64,000 bases of DNA from Sandaracinaceae bacterium (GTDB lineage: Bacteria; Myxococcota_A; Polyangia; Polyangiales; Sandaracinaceae): positions 1 through 64,000 of the forward strand of contig JBGAQA010000028.1 of NCBI GenBank assembly GCA_044220955.1, given 5' to 3'. A program made the position numbers and the translations under genes. The notes beneath the pieces are model-generated. The model saw nothing but the letters and a program-made list of their open reading frames with translations. It did no database searches and was not told the origin of the DNA. Of the stretch, positions 47,835 through 58,004 are shown piece after piece; position 1 is the stretch's first letter, and the number at the start of each line of letters is the position of its first letter.

Positions 47835-49286
47835 TCAGATCACGACGCGCCCCGGTGGATGGCCGATGACGACCACGGCGATCCCCCCGCGGCGCGCGAC
47901 GTTGACCACGTGCTGCTGGGAAGCGCGGCCGAGGATGGCCATGCCGTAGGTGGAGGTCGCGAAACCGAGGACGACGAAGTAGGGCTCGTGCGCGACGCCG
48001 CCAGCCTCGGTGGTGGAAGGCAGCTCGAGGACGGGGAGCCGCACGGCCGCCTGCACGACCCAGCGATCCGAGTCGGCGAGCGCCTCGTCCATCGCGCTCT
48101 GCCACTCACCCTCGGTCGCGTGCGCGCCGACGAGAACGCCCTGCCCGCCGTAGGCGCGGTTCGGCTTGAGCACCAGCTGCTCGCGCGAGCGAACGACGAA
48201 CGGCAAGAGGTCACCCGCGCGATCGTCGACGAGCGTCGTGCGCCGATCCGAGAGGACCCGCGTCCAGGGGACGTGTCGCCGGAAGAAGCGCCGGTCGTCG
48301 GAGTCGAAGTGCCGCGCCACGACGTCGGGGTCCGTGAAGACCTCCCAGCAGCTCTTCTGATCGAGCTCGGCCGCGATCGACGACACGACGCGGTTCTGCG
48401 CGAAGAGCTGGCGCATCGGGGCGATGTCGGTGCCATCCTCGGCGGCGTCGAGCAGATCGAGCACGGAGTAGTCGCGATAGACGAGGTCGACGACGCGCCC
48501 GCCGAAGACGACCTCTTCCCCGGCGATCTCGAGCTCCGCCGGATCCGCGTGACAGACGGCGAGCCCGAAGTGATCGTGCACGTAGCGGGCGAGCTCGGCC
48601 TGCTCGTCGGGGCCGGCGCCGGCGTACTTCGGCTCGACGAAGCAGACGGTCCGCCCGGCACGCCCGAGGCTCTCGAGATGATCGAGCAGCTCCTGCATCA
48701 GGAGGCCGCGGATGTCCTGCGCCGTCTCCAGCATCAGCGCCGGGTCCGCAGCGTGCAGCGCGGGCAGGACGGTGCGCGCGAGCACGCGATCCGCGCTCGG
48801 CACGAAGTGAAGGCCGCCGATCCCCGACATGTTCGGCTCGAGGAAGCGCAGCGACTCCTTCCACGTGGGCGAGGCGAACTCGCACACGGCGTCGTGACGC
48901 CCGAAGACGCTGTTGACCTCGCGCGCCCCGGGAGTCCAGTACTCGCGCAGCCACGCCTCCTCGACCTCCGGCAGCCGCAGGGCCTCGCGGACGGCGGGAT
49001 CGGCGAAGTAGAGATCGGGCAGTCGCTTGAGCGCCCGATGCAGCGCGAGCGAGACGGTCCGGCAGTACGAGAGCTGATCCGGCAGCGCGACGACCGGCGA
49101 CGCGAAGACGCGAACGCTCTCCTTCACGTCGTCGTGGAGGTACACGAGGCGCTCGCGCTCTCCCTCCCGCGCGACCTGCTCGAGCAGCGCGCGGAGCCGG
49201 GCGTCACCGAGACCGAAGAGCGCGGCGTGGACGCGGGCGGCGATCTCCTCGGCCTTCCGCCCCGCCTCGTGTACCGGTGTGAACAT
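47835..49286 (-). CDS. Circularly permuted ATP-grasp amidoligase (glutathionylspermidine synthase/GshB-like fold)
   Basis: GRHD...FLEPN, DLVYRD, LVLKPNRAYGGQGV, WVVQ, VVNVARRGG. Confidence 0.75.
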   Translation of the reverse strand: MFTPVHEAGRKAEEIAARVHAALFGLGDARLRALLEQVAREGERERLVYLHDDVKESVRVFASPVVALPDQLSYCRTVSLALHRALKRLPDLYFADPAVREALRLPEVEEAWLREYWTPGAREVNSVFGRHDAVCEFASPTWKESLRFLEPNMSGIGGLHFVPSADRVLARTVLPALHAADPALMLETAQDIRGLLMQELLDHLESLGRAGRTVCFVEPKYAGAGPDEQAELARYVHDHFGLAVCHADPAELEIAGEEVVFGGRVVDLVYRDYSVLDLLDAAEDGTDIAPMRQLFAQNRVVSSIAAELDQKSCWEVFTDPDVVARHFDSDDRRFFRRHVPWTRVLSDRRTTLVDDRAGDLLPFVVRSREQLVLKPNRAYGGQGVLVGAHATEGEWQSAMDEALADSDRWVVQAAVRLPVLELPSTTEAGGVAHEPYFVVLGFATSTYGMAILGRASQQHVVNVARRGGIAVVVIGHPPGRVVI

Positions 49287-49331
49287 GCACCGACTCTCGC
49301 ACACCGACGGCGCGTTATGATCGCGTGCTCG

Positions 49332-50754
49332 ATGACGACGCCGGACGAGGCCTACGCGCAGCTCCTCTGCCTCTACCGCGAGCGAACGCTGCTCGAGTCG
49401 ATCTCGACGGTCCTCGCATGGGACGAGGAGACGTACATGCCCGAGGGCGCGGTCGAGCAGCGGGCCGAGCAGCAGGCGCTGCTCGCGGGCCTCGAGCACG
49501 CACGCGCGCGCGACCCCCGCCTCGGCGAGCTGCTCGCGCTCGCGGAGGGCGCGACCACGGGCAGCGCGCCCGAGCGCGCCGTGAACCTCCGCGAGCTCCG
49601 GCGGGAGCACGAGGACGCGAAGAAGACGCCGGCGGCGCTGGTCGAGGCGCTCGCGCGGGCGACCACGATCGCGCAGAGCGCGTGGGCATCCGCCCGGGAC
49701 AGCGGTGACGCGTCGGACTACCTCCCCGCCCTCGCGGAGGTCGTCCTCCGAACGCAGGAGTGGGCCGACTGCGTCCGCGGCGAGGGGAGCCGCTACGACG
49801 CCTGCCTCGACGCGTGGGAGCCCGATCTCCGCGAGGCCGAGGTCCTGCGGATGCTCGAGCAGCTCACCCCGGAGCTCGCTCGCCTCGCCGCGCAGCTCGA
49901 GGAGGGACTGGCTGGGCTTCGATCTGGCGCGCGGCCGCCTCGACGCCGCCTCCCACCCATCGACGGTCCAGATCGGCCCGGGCGACGTCCGGCTGACCAC
50001 GCGCTACGACCCCGCGCAGCCCTTCGGATCGCTTCTGGCGACCCTGCACGAGGCCGGGCACGGCCTCTACGACCAGCGCCTGCCGCGAGAGTGGTACGGG
50101 ACGCCCGTCGGGGAGGCCCCCTCGGTCGCCCTGCACGAGTCACAGTCCCGGTTCGTCGAGAACGTGGTGGGGCGGAGCCGCGGCCTGCTCGCGTTCGTCC
50201 TGCCGAAGATGAGGGCCGCCGCGCAGGGCGCGATGGACGACGTCGACCTCGCGCGGGTCCACGCCGCCCTCCATCGCGTCGCCCGCACGACGCAGCGCAT
50301 CGCGGCCGACGAGGTCACCTACGACCTGCACATCGCGGTGCGTGTCGAGCTCGAGCGCGCGCTCCTCACCGGCGAGCTGCGCGTCGGCGATCTGCAGCAC
50401 GCCTGGGCGGACCGGTATGCCCGGACGCTCGTCCGTCCCGATGGGGCAGCCGACGGCTTCCTGCAGGATGGCCACTGGGCCGCAGGGATGTTCGGCTACT
50501 TCCCGACGTACACCATGGGCAACGTCGTCGCCGCCCAGCTCGCCCGCAGCGCCGAGTCCGCGCTCGGAGATCTCGACGCGCTGATCTCGGGCGGGCGGGT
50601 GCGTGTGCTGATGGACTGGCTCACGGCGCACGTCCACCGGCACGGCTCGCTCTTTTCTCGCGCCGAGCTCGTCACGCGGGTCTGCGGCGAGGCGCTCGAC
50701 CCCGGCGCGCTCGTCGAGCGGCTCACGCGCTCGTACGGCCCTCCCGGCCGATGA
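49332..50754 (+). pseudogene. M32 (Taq-type) carboxypeptidase, frameshifted near 49905 (true lesion or assembly error)
   Basis: First frame: LAWDEETYMP..YDACLDAWEP. Second frame: GFD..GRLD..HP..LHEAGH..HESQSR..GYFPTY. Confidence 0.85.
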
Positions 50755-50779
50755 CGGCGCCGCCGGTCGGGCCTCGAGA

Positions 50780-52033
50780 TCAGGCCGTCCACCGATCGAG
50801 CGCGAGCACCGCGGCGATCTTCGCCTCGCGCTCCGCCTCGTCCCGGGCGCGCACGGTGACGTGGCCGATCTTGCGGCCCGGGCGCTCGGACTTCCCGTAG
50901 AGGTGCAGGTGCACCCCCGGCATTCCCATCACCTCGTCCGCGCCCTCCAGGCGGATCCGCTTGCGGTCGTCGACGCCCAGGAGGTTCGCCATGGCGCTCG
51001 GGCCGCGCAGGGTGACGGGGCCCTTTGGGCGGCCGGGGGGCGCGGCGGTCCGGTTGTGGGGCTGGGGCGCCCCCGCCCCCGCGTGGAGGCGGTCCACGTC
51101 CGGCAGCCTGCCGACGAGGTTGATCATCGCCGTGCACGCGACGTCGTCGGGGCGGCCGAGCGGCTGACCCGCGATCGCCCGGACGTGGTTCTCGAACTGG
51201 CTCGTCTCCGCGCCCTCGATCGAGTAGTGGCCGCTGTTGTGCACGCGCGGCGCGATCTCGTTCGCGACCACGTGCTCGCCGACCAGGAACAGCTCCACCG
51301 CCAGGACGCCCACGTAGTCGAGCTCGGCGAGAATGGAGCCGATCGCGCGCCGAGCCGCTTCGAGCGCCCGCGCCGGCACGCCCCGCGCCGGACAGCGCGA
51401 GACGCGCAAGATGCCGTCCTTGTGCTCGTTCTCGATCGGGCCGTAGAGGACGCCGCTTCCGTCGGCGCCGCGCGCGCCTATCTGGGAGATCTCGCGCTCG
51501 AAAGCGACGAGCCCTTCGTAGATCGACGGGAGGCCGCCGAGCGCCGCGAACGCAGCGGCGGCGTCGGCGGCCGTTCGCAGCCGAATCTGCCCTTTCCCGT
51601 CGTATCCGAGGCGCCGCGTCTTGAGGATGCCGGGGACGCCGATCTCGGCGACCGCGGACGCCAGCTGCACCTCGTCGTCCACCGCGGCGAAGGGCGCGGT
51701 CTCGATCCCGAGGGAGCGGAAGAGGGTCTTCTCGGCGAGACGGTCGGCGCCCGTCGCGAGCGCTCGCGGCGACGGATGCACGCGAACACGCGCGGCGAGG
51801 CGCTCGACGGCCGCGGCCGGCACGTTCTCGAACTCGAACGTCACCACGTCGACGCGCGCCGCGAGCCGCGCGAGCGCGCCCTCGTCGTCGAGCGCCGCCA
51901 CGATGGCGTCCGCCACGTGCATCGCGGGATCCCCGGCCCCCGGGCCGAGCACGACCACCTCGTGGCCGAGCGGATGCGCTGCGAGCGCCAGCATGCGGCC
52001 GAGCTGGCCCGAGCCGAGGATGCCGATGCGCAT
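50780..52033 (-). CDS. purK: N5-CAIR synthetase with an anomalous duplicated C-terminal segment
   Basis: GSGQLGRM, TFEFENV, GYDGKGQ, NEIAPRVHNSGH, HLYGK..RKIGHV. Confidence 0.93.
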   Translation of the reverse strand: MRIGILGSGQLGRMLALAAHPLGHEVVVLGPGAGDPAMHVADAIVAALDDEGALARLAARVDVVTFEFENVPAAAVERLAARVRVHPSPRALATGADRLAEKTLFRSLGIETAPFAAVDDEVQLASAVAEIGVPGILKTRRLGYDGKGQIRLRTAADAAAAFAALGGLPSIYEGLVAFEREISQIGARGADGSGVLYGPIENEHKDGILRVSRCPARGVPARALEAARRAIGSILAELDYVGVLAVELFLVGEHVVANEIAPRVHNSGHYSIEGAETSQFENHVRAIAGQPLGRPDDVACTAMINLVGRLPDVDRLHAGAGAPQPHNRTAAPPGRPKGPVTLRGPSAMANLLGVDDRKRIRLEGADEVMGMPGVHLHLYGKSERPGRKIGHVTVRARDEAEREAKIAAVLALDRWTA

Positions 52034-52036
52034 GCG

Positions 52037-52567
52037 TCAGCGCCGCGGATCGGGAGCCGCCAGGACGTCCGCGGTCTGCTTCGCTCGGTAGGCGACGAGC
52101 TTGGCGCGGACGACGTCGTCGCCTTCGGCCAGGATCGCGGCAGCGAAGAGCGCGGCATTGATGGCGCCCGCCTTGCCGATCGCGAAGGTGGCGACGGGCA
52201 CCCCGCCCGGCATCTGGACGATCGAGAGCAGCGAGTCGAGCCCCGAGAGGGCCTTCGACTGCACGGGCACGCCGAGCACGGGGACGTGCGTCTTGGAGGC
52301 GAGCATGCCGGGCAGGTGCGCGGCGCCTCCCGCGCCGGCGATGATCGCCCTCAGACCCCGGGGCGAGGCACGCTCGGCGTACTCGAAGAGCAGGTCGGGC
52401 GTGCGATGCGCCGACACCACGCGGACCTCGTGCGAGACCCCGAGCAGCTCGAGGGTCGCCGCCGCGTGCTCCATCGTGTCGGCCCAGTCCGAGCGCGATC
52501 CCATGACGATGCCCACGGCGATCGCTTCGCTCGAGCTCGGCTTCGGCTTCGGCTTTCCGGCGGCCAT
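52037..52567 (-). CDS. purE: N5-CAIR mutase
   Basis: [37 protein letters not shown]. Confidence 0.98.
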   Translation of the reverse strand: MAAGKPKPKPSSSEAIAVGIVMGSRSDWADTMEHAAATLELLGVSHEVRVVSAHRTPDLLFEYAERASPRGLRAIIAGAGGAAHLPGMLASKTHVPVLGVPVQSKALSGLDSLLSIVQMPGGVPVATFAIGKAGAINAALFAAAILAEGDDVVRAKLVAYRAKQTADVLAAPDPRR

Positions 52568-52639
52568 CGGGAAGGCGCGAGAGTAGCGTCCCCGCGCACC
52601 CTGTAAAGAGAACGGCCGAGCGCGCCTGCCCCCGCTGGG

Positions 52640-53776
52640 TCAGAGCGCCTTCTGATACACGCGATACGTCTTGTAGACCTTCGCGCCCATGGAGCGGATC
52701 CCGAGGTTGATGGGCGCGTCGTCCTCGCGGGTCCAGCCCAGCTCGGCCCACTCGTAGCCCTTCTTGCGCCCCCGCTGGCTGACCTCGACGTACATCGCCG
52801 CGCTCAGCCCGCCGTAGCGCTTGACGTTCTTGCGGACGTGCTCCCGTACGCCCAGCAAGATCAAGCGCGCCGAGCGCGGGTGCTGCACCTGCGTGCGCCA
52901 GAGCATCTTGATCCACCCGAACGGGAAGAGGCTCCCGTGCAGGTCGCGGATCGCCTCGTTGAGGTTCGGGATCATCACGCACATCCCGCCCGGCTCGCCA
53001 TCGATGTCCGCGATGAACGCGATCTCGGGGTCCAGGACCAGCGAGAGATCCTTGGCCATCTTGTCGAGCTCGGCGCCGGTGATGGGGATGTAGCCCCACT
53101 TGCCCGACCACGTCTCGTTGTAGATGGTCATGATCGTGTCGAGCTCCGCCCGCATGTTCTTCTTGTTCACGCTGCGCAGCTTCACCTCGGGCAGCGCGCG
53201 GATGTCCTGCCACGCCTTGAGCGTGCGCTTGTTGTGCTCGAGCTCGGCGCCGTAGCGCCACGCGAAGAGATCCTTCTCTTTCGCGTAGCCGCAGGCCTCG
53301 ATCAACCTCCCTTGCCACGGGCGCGAGTGCGCCATGTCGAGCTGCGGCGGGTGCTCGAATCCGTCGACGAGCAGGCCGATCTCCTGGTTCGCGTTGAAGC
53401 TCATCGGCCCGTTCACGCGCGCCATCCCGCGCTCGCGCAGCCACGCCTCGGCCCGCGCCAGCAGCGCCCCGGCGACCTCGACGTCGTCGATCGTGTCGAA
53501 GTACCCGATGTGCCCGGTCGCGTCGTGGTACTGCGCGAGCCAGGCCTGATCGACCGTCGCCGACACGCGCCCGACGAGCCTGCCGCTCTTGCGCGCGGTG
53601 AAGAGCGCGACCTCGGCGTGCGCGTAGAAGGGATCCTTCGCGGGGTGGAGCTTCTCGTGCATCACCATGTGCAGCGGCGCGACCCACGCGGGATCCCCGC
53701 GGAAGATCTCGAAGGCGACGTCCACGAAGTCGCGCGTGTCCTCACCCGGCACGTGCTGGCGGATCTCGACCGGCAT
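52640..53776 (-). CDS. GNAT acyltransferase, bCerS/YghO-like family, copy 2
   Basis: Colinear with 6423..7559 (both 378 aa): DPAWVAPL, GLLVDGFEHPP, ELGWTREDD, YKTYRVYQK. Confidence 0.75.
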   Translation of the reverse strand: MPVEIRQHVPGEDTRDFVDVAFEIFRGDPAWVAPLHMVMHEKLHPAKDPFYAHAEVALFTARKSGRLVGRVSATVDQAWLAQYHDATGHIGYFDTIDDVEVAGALLARAEAWLRERGMARVNGPMSFNANQEIGLLVDGFEHPPQLDMAHSRPWQGRLIEACGYAKEKDLFAWRYGAELEHNKRTLKAWQDIRALPEVKLRSVNKKNMRAELDTIMTIYNETWSGKWGYIPITGAELDKMAKDLSLVLDPEIAFIADIDGEPGGMCVMIPNLNEAIRDLHGSLFPFGWIKMLWRTQVQHPRSARLILLGVREHVRKNVKRYGGLSAAMYVEVSQRGRKKGYEWAELGWTREDDAPINLGIRSMGAKVYKTYRVYQKAL

Positions 53777-53784
53777 GGCGTGGA

Positions 53785-53808
53785 CGTAACCCGCGCCAGC
53801 GGGTTACG
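53785..53808. promoter_or_regulatory. Perfect 10-bp inverted repeat between divergent genes
   Basis: CGTAACCCGC-gcca-GCGGGTTACG. Confidence 0.55.
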
Positions 53809-53823
53809 ACAAGGTGCTCGCGT

Positions 53824-56800
53824 GTGGCACGCTCCGCGGGCGTGAGCGGCGCGTACTACGAGCTCGTCGAGCTGCTCGGAGAAGGCGGGATGGGGCGCGT
53901 GTATCGCGCCGTCCATCACCCGAGCCGTCTCGAGGTGGCGATCAAGACGCTGCGCGCCAGCGCCGACCCGCTGCGGCGCCGCCTCCTGCTCGACGAGGCG
54001 ACGGCGGCCGCGCGGGTCCGCGATCGCCGCATCGCGCGCGTCATCGACGTCGGACGCGACGAGCAGGGCACCCCCTTCCTGGTGATGGAGCTGGTCCCGG
54101 GGCACGATCTCGAGCGCTTCTTCGTGGCGTGGCCCGGCTGGCCGACGGTCGCGCGCGCGATGATGGAGACGCTCGAAGGGCTGCGCGCCGCCCACGCGGT
54201 GCAGGTCGTCCACCGCGACCTGAAGCCGCCCAACGTCCTGGTCGACGCGCGGGACCAGGGCATCCGGCTGGTCGACTTCGGGGTCGCGACCGTGGTCGAC
54301 CCGCTCGACACCGAGTCCGAGCGCCCGATCGCCGGGACGCCCGAGTTCATGGCCCCCGAGCAGCTCAGCGGCGAGGGGCCCGTCGGCCCGTTCACGGACC
54401 TCTACGCGTTCGGAGTGATGCTCTCGCACGTCGTGCGGGGCGCCTCGCCCTTCGAGAACGTCGAGGATCTCGGCGCGCTCGACGCCGAGAAGCGCGGCTA
54501 CGTCGCGGGCCGAGATCGGCGCGAGCGCCCTGGGCTCGCGGTGCCCGAGCGGCTCCAGGTTCTGATCGATCGGCTACTCGACCCCGATCCGCGACGCCGC
54601 GAGCGCTTCGCCGAGCGCGTGCGGGCCGAGCTGGAGCAGCTCGCCGCGCTCGTCGTCGAGACCGAGCGTGCGAGCGAGCCGGGCGCCTACCACGCGGCCA
54701 AGACGTCGGTGGACCCCTCGTTCGAGGCGACGGCCTTCCCCGCGTCGCTCGAGCTCTCGGCCTCGGCGGCCGCCGCGCTGGCGGCACGTACCACCGAGAT
54801 GGACGTGACCGTCCTTCCCGCGCCGATGGACCCGAGCGCCGCGTTCGCGCTGGCGGCGACGCGGGACGCGCCCTTCGCGGGACGAAGCGCGCTCAAGGAC
54901 GAGCTCCTGGCCGCGATCGACGACGTGGCTTCGAAAGGTGGTGCGCGCCTGGTGGCGTACGTGGGGGAGCCGGGCATCGGAAAGAGCCGCCTCGCGCGGC
55001 TCGGGCTCGAGCACGTCGAGCGCACCGGGACGATGGAGGGGGCCGCGACGGGGTTCGAAGCACGGGGCACGGACGTGTCGGGGGGCCTCTCGCGTCTGCT
55101 CTCTCGCTGGCTCGGGCTGCCGCGGAGCCCGAGGGCGAGCTGGGCGTGGATCGACGCGCCCGGGATCGACCTCGATCGCTTCCACCGATGGCTCGGCGCG
55201 ACGGCCACCGAGTCGGCGGAGCGGCCGTCGATCGCGGAGATGACGGACCTCGCGCACGCGGTCGTGCGTGCCCTCTCGAGACGGGCACCGGTGTACCTCT
55301 GGCTCGACGACCTCGCGTGGGCGCGCGACGGCGCGATCGAGCTCGTGGAGCGGCTGCTCGCGCGCCAGGACGCACGGGTGCTCCTCGTGGCGACGCTGCG
55401 CTCGGGCACGCTGCAGCACGCGGCGACGCGCGCGCGTCTCGGACCCCTGCTCGGCTCACCCCGGGCGATCACACGCACGATCGAGCCGCTCGACCGGGAG
55501 GACCGGCGGGCGGTGCTCTCGGGCCTCGCGCCGCTGGCGCCGGCGCTCGTGGACGAGATGGTGGACCGCCTCGACGGCTCGCCCATGCTGCTCGTGGAAG
55601 TCGTGCGCGCGCTCGCGGCAGGCGACCTGCTCGAGCACCGGCCAGAGGGTCTCGCGGCCCGCGGGAGCGCGAGCCTGCTGGATCTGCTCGGCGACCGCCC
55701 GCTCGCGACGCTGATCGGCGCGCGCGTCGAAGCGATGCTCGCCGGGTTCGAGGCCGACGCGGACGCCGCCGAGGGGATCCTCGCGCGCGCCGCGCTCCTC
55801 GGTGCCTTCTTCGAGGATCCCACGCTGCGCGCGTGCGTGGCGTCGGACCGGACGCTCGGCCGCGCCGTCGACGCGGTGCTCGATCGGGCGCTGCTCCACG
55901 GGATCGTGCGGGCCGAGGGCGGCTCGCTCTTCAGCTTCGACCACCAGCTCGTCCAGGAGACGCTGATGATGCGCCTCGAGGCGAGCCCCGGCCGCGTCCG
56001 CGTCTTCTTCGACGTGGCGAACGGCCTCATGGCGCGACACGGCAAGGACCGCTCGGACGTGGCCGCCGCGGTGGCCGAGCTGCTGCGACGCGCAGGCGCG
56101 AAGGACCGCGCATGGGACCGCATGCTGCACGCGATCGAGACCGCTGCTTGGGCCGGCGACCGAAGCGCCGCGCACGCGTACCTCGCGACGGCGCTGAGCT
56201 GGCTCGACGACGACGGCGAGTCGCCGATGTCGCGCGCGCGCGCGACGGTCGCGCTCGCCGAGGCCCGCGTCCGCTACTACGCGCTCGAGTACGACGCGGC
56301 GCGCATCGCACTCTCCCGGGCGCTCTCGATCGCCCGCGTCGGCAAGGACGCGCTGCTCGTCCTGCAGTGCGAGTCGTTCGAGGCCGACGTGGCGTTCTAC
56401 CAGGACCGCTTCTCCGACGCGGAGCGCATCGCGCGAGAGTGCGAGGCGCGGGCGTCGCTGGACGACCCGGATCTGGCGGCGATCGGCGGCGCGAGCGCTC
56501 AGCGCCTGGCGGACCTCGCGGTCCTGTCCGAGCGCACCGAGGACGCGATCGCGTGCTGGCAGCGGTGCGAGCGCTTCCGGACGGCCGCCGGCCTGCCCTG
56601 GCGGGCGCGGATCGCACGCCTGAACCTCGGCGAGTCGCTCATGGTCGCCGGCCGTCTCGACGAGGCCGAGACGCTCTTTCGCGAGGTGCGGCGGGAGGCC
56701 GAGGCGGCGCGGGACGACGAAGGGATCGGCTGCTGCGTGGACCTCGAAGCGCGCCTGACGTACCTGCGCGGGGACGCCGCCGGAGCCCGCCTCGCCATCG

Positions 56801-57093
56801 CCGCTCGGGCCGCCGTCCTCGAGGCGATGGGCGAGCCATGGCGCCGCACGGCGCTGCTCGCCTTCCTGGCGCTCCTGTCCTCTGCGCTCGACGACCCCGA
56901 GACCGCGGGGGCGAGCGTGCGCGCCTTCACGAGCGCCTATGCGCGCGTGCCGCACGACGAGGCGTTCACGATCCGCGCGATGCGCTTGCTGCGCGACGCG
57001 CTGCTCGATCGCGAGCTCGACGACGTCGCCGCGGAGGTCGAGGCGGCGATCGCGATGCGCGAGGAGCGGGTCCGCCGTGGGTCACGCGCGTGA
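53824..57093 (+). CDS. Hanks Ser/Thr kinase fused to STAND-type NTPase and TPR-like helical region
   Basis: LGEGGMGRV, VAIK, HRDLKPPN, DFG, APE; GEPGIGKS; LWLDD. Confidence 0.92.
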   Translation: MARSAGVSGAYYELVELLGEGGMGRVYRAVHHPSRLEVAIKTLRASADPLRRRLLLDEATAAARVRDRRIARVIDVGRDEQGTPFLVMELVPGHDLERFFVAWPGWPTVARAMMETLEGLRAAHAVQVVHRDLKPPNVLVDARDQGIRLVDFGVATVVDPLDTESERPIAGTPEFMAPEQLSGEGPVGPFTDLYAFGVMLSHVVRGASPFENVEDLGALDAEKRGYVAGRDRRERPGLAVPERLQVLIDRLLDPDPRRRERFAERVRAELEQLAALVVETERASEPGAYHAAKTSVDPSFEATAFPASLELSASAAAALAARTTEMDVTVLPAPMDPSAAFALAATRDAPFAGRSALKDELLAAIDDVASKGGARLVAYVGEPGIGKSRLARLGLEHVERTGTMEGAATGFEARGTDVSGGLSRLLSRWLGLPRSPRASWAWIDAPGIDLDRFHRWLGATATESAERPSIAEMTDLAHAVVRALSRRAPVYLWLDDLAWARDGAIELVERLLARQDARVLLVATLRSGTLQHAATRARLGPLLGSPRAITRTIEPLDREDRRAVLSGLAPLAPALVDEMVDRLDGSPMLLVEVVRALAAGDLLEHRPEGLAARGSASLLDLLGDRPLATLIGARVEAMLAGFEADADAAEGILARAALLGAFFEDPTLRACVASDRTLGRAVDAVLDRALLHGIVRAEGGSLFSFDHQLVQETLMMRLEASPGRVRVFFDVANGLMARHGKDRSDVAAAVAELLRRAGAKDRAWDRMLHAIETAAWAGDRSAAHAYLATALSWLDDDGESPMSRARATVALAEARVRYYALEYDAARIALSRALSIARVGKDALLVLQCESFEADVAFYQDRFSDAERIARECEARASLDDPDLAAIGGASAQRLADLAVLSERTEDAIACWQRCERFRTAAGLPWRARIARLNLGESLMVAGRLDEAETLFREVRREAEAARDDEGIGCCVDLEARLTYLRGDAAGARLAIAARAAVLEAMGEPWRRTALLAFLALLSSALDDPETAGASVRAFTSAYARVPHDEAFTIRAMRLLRDALLDRELDDVAAEVEAAIAMREERVRRGSRA

Positions 57094-57110
57094 TGGGCTA
57101 TCCTCGACGC

Positions 57111-57989
57111 ATGCGCCTCGCTCGCCCGCTCGCTGCCGCTCTGCTCGTCACCGCGTGCTCGAGCACCTACGACCCCCTCCAGCCCGATGGATCGATGCGC
57201 ATCGACTCGGGCGGCGGTGCCACGGACACGGGCGCGACCGAGGACGCGGCGACGGGCATCGATGCCGGCGCAGACACCGGCGGCAGCCCCGTCGATGCGG
57301 GCGGCGGTGGCGACGCGAACGACCACGACGCGAGCGACGCCAGCGACGCGAGCGGGAGCGACGTGGGCGTCGCCGATGCGGGGGCGTGCGTGGCTTCGGG
57401 CACGTGCGACCCCTTCGACCCCACCTCGTGCGGGACGATGGCGTGCCACCCCGGCGCGACCGGGACCCGCTGCGAGACGGTCTCGGCGACCGCCGTCGGC
57501 GAGGGCGCGACCTGCGCGAGCTCGAGCGAGTGCCAGCCGGGCCTGGTGTGCCTCATGTTCACCGCCGCCGAGGGCTTCCGCTGCCACTCGATGTGCCACG
57601 CGCGCTCGATCGGAGAGTGCTCCGCGGGACGTGCTTGCACCGGGACGCTCGGGGACCCCTGCATCGACGTCTGCCGTCCTATGCCCGCGGCGTGCGACGT
57701 GTACGCGCAGGACTGCGCGAGCGCGACCGACACGTGCACGCTCGTGCGCAACCCCGAGACGAACGCCCCGTACACGGGCTGCCGTCCCGCCGGGACGCAG
57801 AACCTGGGCGACCCCTGCGGCGGCACGAGCGGGACGTGCGGCCACGCGCTCATCTGCGTCTCGACCTCGGGCATGGCCCGCTGCCGGCACGTCTGCGATC
57901 CGGCGATGGGCGCCGCGATGTGCAGCGGCACCGACGTGTGTACCGGTCTGGCGACGACCTGGGGCGTGCACTACTGCGAGGCGCCTTGA
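57111..57989 (+). CDS. Cys-rich lipoprotein with DAG linker
   Basis: LVTAC lipobox; two Cys-rich modules (CDPF.., CDVY..); TATCCT 6 nt before the ATG. Confidence 0.8.
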   Translation: MRLARPLAAALLVTACSSTYDPLQPDGSMRIDSGGGATDTGATEDAATGIDAGADTGGSPVDAGGGGDANDHDASDASDASGSDVGVADAGACVASGTCDPFDPTSCGTMACHPGATGTRCETVSATAVGEGATCASSSECQPGLVCLMFTAAEGFRCHSMCHARSIGECSAGRACTGTLGDPCIDVCRPMPAACDVYAQDCASATDTCTLVRNPETNAPYTGCRPAGTQNLGDPCGGTSGTCGHALICVSTSGMARCRHVCDPAMGAAMCSGTDVCTGLATTWGVHYCEAP

Positions 57990-58004
57990 TCCGGCGGCCG
58001 GCGA

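Noticed and set aside
49890..49915. Programmed ribosomal frameshift in the M32 gene
   Set aside because: No slippery sequence is visible, and coding sequence appears to be missing at the junction, which recoding could not restore.
50849..51085. purK repeat pair as a diversity-generating retroelement TR/VR
   Set aside because: Differences are not adenine-specific on either strand, and no reverse transcriptase gene is present.
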